Shown here: one piece after another, positions 12,246-35,794 of the stretch
Layout: every line of letters starts with the position of its first letter
Position numbering within the stretch: the first letter of the stretch is position 1
From: Nemertoderma westbladi
Lineage: Eukaryota; Animalia; Xenacoelomorpha
Length of the DNA: 41,590 bases
Assembly (NCBI GenBank): GCA_032718475.1
Contig: JAUCBJ010002908.1
Coordinates: forward strand, 1 to 41,590
Reading direction: 5' to 3'
Made by a program: the position numbers and the translations under genes
The notes under the pieces: generated by a model
Told to the model about the DNA's origin: nothing
What the model saw: only the letters and a program-made list of their open reading frames with translations
Databases searched by the model: none

Positions 12246-14244
12246 ATGAGTACAATAAATTATCGTGATATTTTATTCGAAGATATGTTTCAAGATGATA
12301 TTGGCCATTTGGTAGAAGGTGTAGAAGCCTTAAAGATACGGATGATCTAGCAAATGTCATGGGTGATAGGGAGTTGTGGCGGTGCAATTTTGTTGACAAG
12401 CCGGCACAGCATTCCTAAAAATGCAGCTGCAATGCAGCATGCCGATCCTAGCACCTAGTAGTAGGTAGAAGGTGTTGCAGACTGTAATGAGCACGAAATA
12501 GATGAAGTTGTTGCCGCTTTGCTGGAAGATGATGGAGAGAATGAAGGAGAAGCTGTTGCTGGTTTGTTGGAAGATGAACCTGTGGATGAGATTGAAGACA
12601 ACTTACTACTGAGTGACAATGAATGGTAATTAGACGAAGAGAGGGACTCTTCTGATAATGAAGATGAGCCAGAGCCAGGAGATGCAGAAGAGGAGTATGA
12701 TTCTGATTGTACCTTTCCAGGTGACTATGAATCAGCCAAGATTACTTCGAAAGCTGGGATTGAGTATATTGACGACTATGAACCTCCACCATCAAAGAGA
12801 AGTCGCTGTGATATAATAAACTTTCATCCAAAAGTAAAAGTTCAACCTCAATCGGAAAAGGAGAGTTTTCACAGTTTCAAGTTTTCATAACTGAAGATAT
12901 TCAGTACATAACTCTTAGAGAAACTAATCGTAGAGGTACTGCAATGGTGAAAAAGAAAGAACTCCAAAAGTTTGATCGCTTCTCCTTTCAAGAGTTACAA
13001 GCTGGTCTGGGGATCATGATAATGGCTGGTGTTTACCGTAGTGCTCACCAAGAATTACAGGAGTTATGGAATCCTGTTCATGGGCCACCATTTTTTCGTG
13101 CTGCCATGGGTTTACAACGATTCAAACCGTTATTGCGATGTTTGAGATTCGACAACATTGCCACTATTATAATAGAGAAGCACGCAAACAGGCAGCAGGG
13201 GGAGATAAGTTTGCTGCTATACGCGACGTTGCTTCAGGCCCAGTTAATGAAGGGAATTATTCCTGAAGTCAATCTGACAGTTGATGAACAGCTTGTAGGT
13301 TTTCGAGGCCGTGTCCCAGGCCCAGCTAGGATTTATATGCCAAAGAAACCTAAAAAGTTTGGTACTAAGAAATTTTGGATCAACGAAGCCTCTACTGGTT
13401 ATGCATTGGGAGGTATCATATACAGTGGGAAACTAGAGGGTGAGGCAGTTCATCGGGGATTGGGGAAAGATATCGTTTTGGAACTGTGTGAACCGTTCTA
13501 TCAAACCGGCCGAAATATCACAACGGACAACTTTTTTACTTCGTTCGATTTGGCGGTTGAACTGAGAAAAAAGGGCCTTACTCTATTAGGAACTGTACGT
13601 AAGAACATAAAGGGGTTCCATCAGAGCTACAGCTGTCGAAGAAACGTACTGTTAATTCCAGTGCGTTTGTGTTCAACGAAGAACATAAAATAACCGTAGT
13701 ATCCTACATATGGCTAAGAAAGATAAAAACGTCATAATGCTATGTATCAAGTAGCCACTACCCTTTCGAAACTGATAAGGATGGCAACAGCACTAAATTC
13801 GGTACAGATCTAATGTATGAGCGAGTCAGCCACTTCACGTGTAAGAGAAAGACAGATCGGTGGCCTGTTGTTATTTTCTCGAATATGGTCGACGTTTCTA
13901 CAGTGAATGGTTTCATTATTATGAAAAAGTTGAGATACAATAAATCACGGAGTCAGTATCTCAAGAATCTGGCATTGGCATTGGCAACTGACAACATTCA
14001 ATACAGGGTTAACCAGTTCCGAACACCGAAGCTGTAACGACAAGCTGCTGAATTCCTCGGATTTAGCCCTGCAAAGTCCAATGAAGATGATGTGAATCAC
14101 ATTACTCTTGGACCTCGGAAGTGTTATGTTTGCACTGGTAAAAATGCTTCATCAACGCGCCAGCGATGTGACATATGTCACAAGCCTGAATGCAAGCAGC
14201 ATCTTATAGTTACCAAAACTTGTGTATGCCAAAACTGTAAATAA
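12246..14244 (+). pseudogene. piggyBac (PGBD4-like, DDE_Tnp_1_7) transposase pseudogene
   Basis: Acidic N-terminus from ATG 12246; VDEQLVGFRGR, YMPKKPKKFG, NITTDNFFTS, LLGTVRKN, RWPVVIF motifs; Cys-rich C-terminus (CYVC...CDIC...CVCQNC*). Contains stops, frameshifts and an RTE insertion. Confidence 0.92.
12323..12463 (+). mobile_element. 141-bp RTE 3' end inserted into the piggyBac ORF
   Basis: Matches the RTE 3' end, has a TAGTAGTA tail, and a 12-bp TSD GGTAGAAGGTGT at 12311-12322 and 12464-12475. Confidence 0.9.
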
Positions 14245-15001
14245 GTATAGGTATGTGAATTATTTTAATTAATAATGTAATGATATCAGATATAGTAATG
14301 ACATTTGTTTCTTACACAACAAAAATACCATGCTGCCATGGCTGCATGGGTCGCCCTTTCCCATGAATTGTCATTTCTGGCAGTCATCAGAAATAATACT
14401 GTAATATCTCCCATGAATTAAATAAGAAACATGAAAAACTACAAATGTAGTGCACATGTACTAAATACGTAACCAAAAGTCTTGTACGTATTAGTGTTAA
14501 GAAACATTAAAATATAGAAAGCAATACTTGAAAGCAATACCTGAATACAGCAATAGGTAGTTGAAAAACTAATACTAGAAATAGATTCTATATTAATTTT
14601 TTACCCCAGACAGCCAGAGTGTGTATGTTTATCATTCAAACTGGTTACTGGCTGACAGGTAACATAAACAACATTATGGCCTTCGCTAGCAAAGTCTGGA
14701 ATCTGGATTTCAATTCATCTGGATTTACTGTGTGCAGTCCTTGCATCAGTACCGGTATAGTCCTTGAGCCTAGCCTATCACCATAGCGCATTCCAGCATT
14801 CACTGACTGACTGAGGACATAGCGCATTAAGTGAGATTACTAAGTCATTCACCTCTACTGCTCTACCCTACCCTACAGCCCTATCCAGCTATCTTTAATA
14901 TGACTACTGAACTGCCCCAAGCAACCAAGGCAGCTAACTACTAGCTGACTACTGGACTAGGATTTAGGCCAGTAGGCCTAGGACTGTAGGAGGGCAGGCT
15001 G

Positions 15002-15114
15002 GGGTGCTGGTCACTTCGCCGCACTGCCACTCCGCCGCAGGTCACCTCGCCGCACATTATCTGCGGCGAGATAACTTGCGGCGAAGTGGCAGTGCGGCGA
15101 GGTGACCAGCACCC
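15002..15114. mobile_element. 113-bp fully palindromic MULE-like MITE
   Basis: GGGTGCTGGTCAC... / ...GTGACCAGCACCC; 9-bp TSD GGCAGGCTG at 14993-15001 and 15115-15123. Confidence 0.9.
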
Positions 15115-15588
15115 GGCAGGCTGGCCCTGGCAGGAGGGTTTTACAGACATGCGAAAATTAACTTTATGACTTTGCCCGTTTCCCTATTGCCTATCAGCCT
15201 ATCGGGGAGCTTGCATATATTTCCTTATACGGAATTTTACCATGTAAATCTATCACACAATGACGTCATAAATTTCCCAATAGGGAAATATTGCAAAATT
15301 TCATAACAGTCAGACAGTTTAGGTCTTACAGTCTTACTGTCTTAGGTGGGCCTGGTTTGATTATATTGAATGATTAACTGATATAACTGCTGAACTGCTC
15401 TATGTCAGTATCTGAGTATGTAGGTTTCAGGGTGTATTACTGTATTAGTGTGCCAATTACATTGATTGATACCTACCGGTATCTGTCTGTCTGTAGGCCT
15501 GCTGTGTATTACAGTGCTGCAGTGCGCCTTGTCAATGCTTGTAGTATTAGAGATATGAGATACCTACTACAGTAGAACAGTCTGACAG

Positions 15589-16501
15589 CCAGGCTGCAAA
15601 CCACCACTAAACCGCGCATAACATAACGCTCGCGCACAATTTTTCAGCCGCGCAATATCATATCTGACAATATACCGAGCATGGACTGAAAAACGCGCAC
15701 ACCAAGCTGAAAAACAATTCAATTCACACAAACATACGAGCAGACGAATAAATAAATAAATAAATAAAGTATTATTTATCTGTTTATTAACGTAGGCCTA
15801 ATGAAATAAAAAAATTAATTTAAGCAATGCAAAAATAAAAAAAACCATGAGCGAAATTCGAGCGAAGCGTGTGAAATTTCTAACTTTTATATGTCAGTAT
15901 GTAGCATGTCTGCATGTAGGTCAGTAGGTCTAAAATGAAAAAAAAACGCGAGCGAAGCGAGCGAAATTTTTTTATTTTAACAATGCAAAATGGAAAAGAA
16001 ACGAGAGCGAAGCGAGTGAAAGTTATAGTTCATATCCGTACCGACCTGACCGATATGATATGATATAAGTATGAAATACCCTATGTTATTGAGATAATGT
16101 TTATTGTTTTGGTTAGAAAAGCCCACCACTGTAACCTGCTCCTTTCCGTTAATTAAGTAATGGAGATTAGTTTATTGTTTTGGTTAGAAAACACCACCAC
16201 TGTAAGTGTAACACCATCGGTCAGGTCGGTACGCATATGAACGATAACCCGAGTGAAATTTTTTATGGCTAGTTATTTTTCTCATTAAATTGCAGTTTTG
16301 CACACATTTATAACTTTTTTACACCTTACAGCCTTATCCGCGCACTTTTGACTTGTAATATTTTGCACAGATTACCGCGCACTTTTGGTGTTTTTCACAC
16401 AATTCCGCGCACTTTTATTTCAATTCCGCGCACTTTTACCGCGCACTATTTCAAAACCGCGCACAACGCGTTGCGATTTTTGCACTCCATTTGCAGCCTG
16501 G
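15589..16501. mobile_element. hAT-like MITE with 8-bp TSD
   Basis: TIR CCAGGCTGCAAA / TTTGCAGCCTGG; TSD TCTGACAG at 15581-15588 and 16502-16509; subterminal CCGCGCAC repeats and GCGAGCGAAGCGAGC motifs. Confidence 0.85.
16022..16249. mobile_element. MULE-like MITE nested in the hAT MITE
   Basis: ~33-bp TIR GTTATAGTTCATATCCGTACCGACCTGACCGAT; 9-bp TSD CGAGTGAAA at 16013-16021 and 16250-16258; carries the shared core motif on -. Confidence 0.85.
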
Positions 16502-16767
16502 TCTGACAGTACTAATTCTGAATTCAACAATCAGCATGATGACTGGATGACAGTCCAAAGCCTACCCAGCTACCCTACACTACCTGACTACAGCTACCTT
16601 CACGGCTCCTCACACTCTAGGCAGGCTCCACCTACCACTGGCACTGGTAGTGCTGTAGTGGGTTGGGTAGGCCTAGGCAAGATCAGTAGTTAAATCAGTA
16701 GGCCTAAAACGCTAATAAGTACCGGTAACTTGATTATGATTATGAATAATTATATTTTTCTTTGGTG

Positions 16768-28661
<11,894 letters not shown>

Positions 28662-30756
28662 CCAATCACAGGCGTGTAATTGTAGCTCGGCCAATGGAAA
28701 TCGCAAGTTTATCAATAAGCTTAAAAGTCATAATAGTTATTATTATGTTTCTGTGTTTATAAGCTAAGGCAAGGAGTTCTAGAATTATACATTAAATATG
28801 GGAGCCCACAGCTTCTGCTTATATCTGTTTACTAATCATAAATGGTATAATTCTAGAACACATTGACTGCTTTGCTATAGGAAGGTTTCCATTAGTGTTT
28901 CGCCCGCTTTTTCAATGAGAAAAACCGACCAAATAATCAATTGTTAAAATATTATAGAACAAAACACGCATTTTGGTTGTCTCACATTTAATTTCAAAAA
29001 AAAGTTAAACTAGGTGTCCTTTTCTGTATGAATAACTGTTCCAAAAGGAGGCTAGGGAAACCGTCTTTATGAAAGCAGTCCTTAGGGAATATTCTGGAAT
29101 TACCAAAGGGCCGTGTGTATTGCGTTTGTTGTCATGGTGACATGCGTCCCAACTATAGCCGTATAATTTTGAATGTTTTGAATTTTGAATCCATAATTAA
29201 AGTTTTTGTGCTTCTGTGTTCTGTATGGTTACAAAATACAAATTTAATTTTATTATTGTATTTATTGCTCCGCCGTTTATCTTTGGTGCATATAATAATG
29301 ATGTACTTATTTTATTTCTTAACTGTGTACTTATATTTCATGTTGACTTAATTCCTAAATTGTGCCGTAGGTTTAGTGTACCAATGTACTTAATGAACAT
29401 GTTTCTTAGCTCTTCTTTGTAGATATTAGAATGATTCAATCCCACTGGTAGTTTTAGTTTGTACCAGCTTATAAACTGATTAATAAGGTCACAACACTGC
29501 TTTTGCATGGTGTTTTGGCCGAGGTAATAATAACTTAAAGTTTCAGCTGGCGTTCAATCCGTTACCTTGAATTCCCGTCTCTGGCTTCGGAAGGCGTGGG
29601 TTCAACCCCTGCGTGAGGCTCAGTAAACTTAATAGTTTTTTTGGTTAAGGTATGAAGCACCAACTTATTATTATTATTTACTTTTTAACCTATGGCATTG
29701 CACGAACGTTAAAAGTTGATTAAATTAATATTTAATCCATAATGTTGGGCTAATTAATTAATCCACCGATATTATCATTGAGTGTATGTAATATGTAAAT
29801 CTATATTCTATAATGTATTTTAATTTGATATTATTTTTTAATTGTTATGGTTATGTTGTACTAACAAGCTTCGAGTGATACCACCAGTGACCCAGTAGAA
29901 ACTTGTTTTAAAATGTTTCTGTTTCTTGGCGTTTAAAAGTCATTCAATAATTAATCATTAACTACTTTGATCTTTTGGTCATAATATTTAATTACTGAAT
30001 TCTAAATAAGTAACAGGTATTTATTTTTGGACATTATTGTGGGAGTTTTGTAATGTAATATATTGTTAAGCCGTTTCAAATATTTTCGAGGGTTCGCAGG
30101 CTGATGTTAATAATAAATGTAATTTATTTGAAGCTAATATTTACCAAGTAAATATTTGATTAGCAAAACTAAAATAAGCATCAAGTTGCCAATCGATATT
30201 CGAGTGTTTTAAACTTTTTGTCCGTAACTTTTTGTTTATTGTTTAAGGATTTGTTATTGATACTTCCTGCGGGACTTTTACTTCCTAGGTTTTTCTTCCC
30301 TAACTAATTATCTACAGTAAAGGAAAGAAAAGGCTGCATAGAGGGCACAATTAAAAAAGGAAAATAGTGTATTGTTTTGGGTAGAATATTATATATTGAT
30401 TGTTGTTTTATATGCTATTATCACAGTAAATTTTCAGTAAATTTTTGCAGTAAAATCGACTTGGCTGTTTATGCTTACTTAATAAAGATAAATTTAAAAA
30501 TATACAAATTCTTGATAATTAAATTCTAATAAAATTTCGACCGAAAACAGAAATCTTGGTACGTGAACAAAAGAGTATCGCATGCGTATAAAGCGTCCAT
30601 GCGGGAAGTAAAGTGCCACGGGAAATAAAGTAACGGGATGTAAAGACTCTCACTACGTTCGTAATATTTCTGCGTATTGTCTACGTGACTAAAAATTATT
30701 ACACTAAGCAAACATTTATTAATTGGCTAATTATATAAAACTATGAGGGTAGGTTA

Positions 30757-31467
30757 AGGGCCGTGCACAAATGATGTCAAGGTCGTAGGGGGGGGGGGGG
30801 AGCAATTTTGTTACAATTCGTGACATTGGGGGGAGGGGGGTAAGCTATTCTTGTGACGTTTCAATAGCAATTTTGTGAACAAATAAAATACACTTTACAA
30901 ATACAAAACTTATTACAATAAAATATATTATTTCTATAATAATAAGTATTTATTCAAACGAGTACCATGCCATAGAGGAATAAATATTACTTGATTTACT
31001 ACGGGTATATATTATTGTTTGTTTGTTTGTTTATCGGTTGGTATCGGAGGAGCGGAGATACCTTATGATTATTATTTTTATTTTCTTCTCTTATATTCTT
31101 TCCAGCTGGTTTCAAATGTGCCAAGCTGTGGCTTTTTACTAACATGTTTTTACCAACACTCAAAAATCAGCTGATAAAAGTTCATCATTATAATAGCGGA
31201 GTTATAGTATCTTTGTGCTTAACTCATATTTAATTTAATATCCATTTTATATTTTAAAATCCTCCAGAACTAATAGAAATATATTATTACTAAATATACC
31301 GGTACCACAACTACAGTAGCTTTAACATAATAATAACATTTTTTATTAACTATACTGGTTATTTTTGTGGCGTTCAAGGGGGGGGTAACAAAATTATTGA
31401 AATAGGGGGTTGGGGTCGAAAATCGTCAAAAATAGCGTGAAATCTGACATTATTTGTGCACGGCCCC
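30757..31467. mobile_element. PIF/Harbinger (Tourist-like) MITE
   Basis: TIR (A/G)GGGCCGTGCACAAAT(G/A)ATGTCA at both ends; TTA TSD at 30754-30756 and 31468-31470. Confidence 0.85.
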
Positions 31468-32250
31468 TTAGAGAGATACCGACTAAGGGGTGTATTGTAT
31501 TTGTGGCTCAACGACAAAAAAGTGGCCATCTATTGTTTATTTCGCCTTGGGATATTAATTAGATTATTTAGCGTCCCGTCTCTCCAACCCTAACAGACTG
31601 TTCTTAACAATAAACGAAAAGTTACTTTATTAATATTTTATTAATTTGTTCATATTGTATTAATGAGCCGGGATTAATTTAATTCCATAATAGTTCGACT
31701 GGAAAGGGGCCGGGAAATTTATTAGGCGCGAGACGATAAAGTGCTAAGTTTTATTCCCACTACTCTCAGGTGGGACGGGAAATAAAGATTAATTTAAGGA
31801 TTAAATACATATTTCCACTGTTAGGTATTTGTGGTGATGCCATTAGTGTGATTGTTATTCAAATTATTTATTACGTGCAATATACACCATCGATATACAT
31901 CAATTATTTATATATATTTATTGATATGTACTTATTATTTAACCTATATTTGTCTAATATAATTATTGTTATCAGCTGTTTCTCAAATATTTTGAAATTA
32001 AAAAAAACATTTCCTTCGCCTAAAAACAGGCAAATAACTTCATAGATATAGATTGTACTGGAAGTTTAATTGAATTACATTCACTATTAATTCATCTTAT
32101 AACAAATTCTCCCTCTGACCACGGGATGTATAATGGTAAGCGATTAGTATAATAAAATAAACTGTACGGCGTCATTTGAGGAAAATAGCGATTCGTTTAT
32201 CATGTTACACCTTACACGTATTTGTGTTCCACTAAATTGCCTTATCATTT

Positions 32251-32988
32251 GGGTGACAACAAAACAAAGACTAAAGACCCAATTATAAAGACCTGCATAA
32301 TCTTGTAACATGTGTTAATTTTCGTTTATTGTTTTGGTACCCCAAACACGCCTCTGTAACTTGCTCCTCGACTAACCTGCTCCTTGTTGCTCGTTGTTGT
32401 AATTTATTATTGCTCGTTGTTGCTCATTGCTGCTCGTCTATGCTCATTGGTGCTCATTATTGTCCCTTATTGCTCATTGTTGCTCGTTGTTGCTCTTTGT
32501 AGCTCATTGTTGCTCATTGTTGCCCGTTGTTGATCATTGTTGCTCATTGTTGGTCATCGTTGCTCATTGTTGGTCATCGTTGCTCATTGTTGGTCATCGT
32601 TGCTCATTATTGCTGGTTGTTGCTCATTTTTTCGCATTGTTGCTCGTTATTGTACTTTATTATTGCTCATTGTTGCTCGTTATTGTACTTTATTATTACT
32701 CGTTGTTTCTCGTTGTTGCTCATTCTTGCTCGTTGTTGCTCATTGTTGTTCGTTGTTGCTCATTGTTGGTCGTTGTTGTACTTTATTATTGCTCGATGTT
32801 GCTCGGTGTTGAACTTTATTATTGCTCGTTGGTGCTCATTGTTGATCCTTGTTGTTCATTGTTGCTCGTTGTTGGTCATCGTTGCTCGTTGTTGTACTTG
32901 ATTATTGCTCATTGTTGCTCGTTGTTTCTCGTTGTTGTACGTTGTTGCTCATTGTTGGTCATTGTTGGTCGTTGTGCATTTTAGCACC
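32251..32988. mobile_element. MULE-like element with the core motif and a ~600-bp degenerate GTTGCTCATT-type minisatellite
   Basis: 32251-32385 matches the arms of 34488-34832; repeat at 32386-32975; ends ..TTTTAGCACC. Confidence 0.65.
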
Positions 32989-33451
32989 TACCGTTTCTGT
33001 TTCGGGTCTAGGCCTACAACAACTACATGCATATGTATCATATAAATTAAGTAAGGAATATGCGTTGTCAGGAAACTAGAGAGTTAGCAGTCTTAGGTGT
33101 TAGCCAAAGTGAAGGTGATATTTTTTACCGGCAGTGCGGTACCATCTTCATGAAATAATATAGGTTTCTTCTATGTTGGGTGTATGCTCTTAAATTAATC
33201 ATCCTATGGATCAATTTAAATGTATTGTTCAATATTATTAGTCAAAGAGTCATAATATTTGATATAGTATTATTTAAACTAAACAATGTTGTTTTTACAA
33301 ATGTAGGTAAACTTTGTAATCTTGTGTCGCATTGTCCAAGTGGATAGAGCGCCTGAACCGCTTTCTCAATAGTTTTTGGCGGGAATGGCGACGCAAATTC
33401 AAATCTGACTATAAGGTAGAAACTTCGGATTGTTGTGTCCATAAGCAATAA

Positions 33452-34040
33452 ATAAACATTCCTTCGCGCAGCACGAGACTCAGCTAACCCGAGAAAGCTG
33501 TAATCCGAGTACTCAAAATTTGGTCTACTACTTCGTTAGCTTGTCTCTACCAGTTCTATTTAAGCAATGATCGTAGGTCACTACTCCAACTTTCAGATGA
33601 ATATGATTGGTTCTATATTACAGCTAAGTATTTTTACGTTTCTGTCAATTCACCCCTAGCGGCAGAAAGAGGAACTGTAGAAGTCTGTACTTGTTTAGAA
33701 TTTCTAATTCAGCAATGCTCATAGGTAACTCCTACCAAATTTCAGATGAATCTGATTGTTGGTTCTGTAAGTACAGATACTTCTACGTTTATGTCAATTC
33801 GCCCCCTAGGGGCAGACATAGGAACTGCAGATATCTGTACTTTTTTAGAATTTCTAATTCAGCAATGCTCATAGGTCACTTCTACCAAACTTCAGATGAA
33901 TCTGATTGCTGATATTTTATCAAAGATTGACCGACTTATTAGCTTTCAAACATTTCCGACAACAACGCCGACGACGACGACGACGACGGTTCACAAATTG
34001 TACCGCTATGCTAAGGCTCACCTGGACTTCGTGGCTCGCC
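33452..34040. mobile_element. Helentron-type element with ~150-bp tandem core repeats and (GAC)n
   Basis: TTCAGATGAATCTGATTG occurs three times at ~150-bp spacing; GACGACGAC microsatellite; GCTAAGGCTCACCTGG end; CCTTCGCGCAGCACGAG also occurs reversed at ~3866-3890. Confidence 0.6.
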
Positions 34041-34487
34041 CCACACTTTAGACATTAGTGCGCACGCAAACCCAGCGGTACAGTACAATAATGGGAACCT
34101 GGCTTCTACTGGAGGAGTAATGAAAGGGTTGTATAGATAGTAGTGTTCAACCTTAACCTTGATTTAATGTGGCGCCGTGATTGCCTTATATAGGTAACTG
34201 CCAAGAGAGATACCTTCGGGTTGCCTCCTGTGTTTCGTGTTTGACACATTCACTGATCAATTTCACTTTACTTTGTAAACTTGAACAGTGTGCGCTATCA
34301 TGTACCGCAAACGGACAATACAGATGTGCTAGTTTTCGTTCGCCCCACCTTGATAATGTTGCTACTCTTTTGTAATGCACATTCCTTTTATGACTATTTG
34401 TATTAATCTAAATATTGACAGTCCACATCTTAAAACAGCGATGTTGTTAAGAGAGGGACATTTCCGTCGCAAACTAACAGCGCGGCT

Positions 34488-34832
34488 GTGTGACTACAAA
34501 ACAAAGACCCAATTATAAAGACCTACATAATCTTTCTAGCTTGTGTTAACTTTCGTTTATTGTTTTGGTTCCCCCCAACACGCCTCTGTAACCTGCTCCT
34601 TTACTAACTTGCTCATTTAAATGCCAAAACAAAGACCTGTACAAAACAAAGAGGTAAAGTCGCGTTAGGTCCCAAAGAGCGTTAGGTCCCATTGCCATTT
34701 AAAGGAGCAGGTTAGTAAAGGAGCAGGTTACAGAGGCGTGTTGGGGCAACCAATACAATAAACGAAAGTCAACACACGTGTTTTGTACAGGTCTTTATCA
34801 TTTGGGCCTTGGGTCTTGTTTTGTAGCACCCC
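34488..34832. mobile_element. Palindromic MULE-like MITE with ~140-bp arms, each containing the core motif
   Basis: 34488-34628 is approximately the reverse complement of 34692-34832. Confidence 0.8.
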
Positions 34833-35542
34833 TTATTATTTCCAGTTTTTCCTATTCACCCTTGCTAGCAGTAAACCGTACCGGTGTGCTAGTTTCTATT
34901 GAATCCCCCCTGAAAAATGACTCCCTTGACGTCTCGGAGTTTAAATGAATCCCCTTATAGGCCTACTATTCCTGAGTTATTAGTATTCAAAATAATTTCA
35001 TTTTTTTATCATCGAACTGCATTGACCACCAAAAACACAATTTTTCCATTCTCTCCCTGTCAGTACGCTGGGTTCGCCACAAATTTCATTTGCTAACATT
35101 ACATTTTTTTGTAATTTTCCCTTCTTCCATGTTCCCTATACAGCGTACTTTTTTATTGCCAATAATTCTTGGTAAAACATTATCTGAATCAAGTTTATAT
35201 TTTAAGCATTTCTTATGGAAATTAGATCTTTTACCTTTGTCACTTCCAACATCAATTGTCGCTCATATGTATTATACAGAGTAGACCTTCAGAATGAGAA
35301 ATGAAACGTTCCACTTTCTCATGATCTTTAGTATAAAAATACTTATAACAAGCGCGAAATCGCGCAAAGGTCCGCGTCTACTAACGCATGAACTGGCTTA
35401 CTACCAATCTTACTATCCAAAAACTTCACCGGAATGTGAGGATTGAACTCGGTACCTAGAGATTCCAAGTCACACGCTCTACCAAGTGATCCACTCCACG
35501 CCGTATGAAGCTTTAAAAGCAAAACCAAAATGGAAATTAACA

Positions 35543-35794
35543 CCTACTAACGGAGTGAATACTAGAGGTCTCGCTACGCGGACCTACTAACGGAGTGAAT
35601 ACTAGGGGTCTCGCTACGCGGACCTACTAACAGAGTGAATACTAGAGGTCTCGCTACGCGGACCTACTAACGGAGTGAATACTAGAGGTATCGCTACGCG
35701 GACCTAATAACGGAGTGAATACTAGAGGTCTCGCTACGCGGACCTACTAACGGAGTGAATACTAGAGGTCACGCTACGCGGACCTACTAACGGA
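35543..35794. repeat. 40-bp tandem array, left part (6 units plus 12 bp)
   Basis: Unit CCTACTAACGGAGTGAATACTAGAGGTCTCGCTACGCGGA. Confidence 0.97.

Larger units (their letters stand above)
9627..14496 (+). mobile_element. piggyBac transposon (defective, with nested insertions)
   Basis: TTAA TSD at 9623-9626 and 14497-14500; ends CACTAATATGTACA... / ...TGTACGTATTAGTG; internal IR GTACATGTGCACTACA at both ends; piggyBac transposase inside. Confidence 0.9.

Noticed and set aside
9600-14530. piggyBac splitting the RTE copy, with RTE sequence resuming after 14500
   Set aside because: The sequence after 14500 shows no convincing RTE similarity; the two elements appear only adjacent.
29560-29625. 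tRNA-like sequence (GGTTCAACCCC)
   Set aside because: Only a B-box-like half is visible; no A box or cloverleaf.
32427-33079. Hydrophobic Cys/Leu-rich ORFs
   Set aside because: Translations of a degenerate minisatellite.
35545-35551. TACTAAC branch-point consensus in the array units
   Set aside because: No polypyrimidine tract or acceptor follows, many units read TAATAAC, and the motif is explained by the element terminus.
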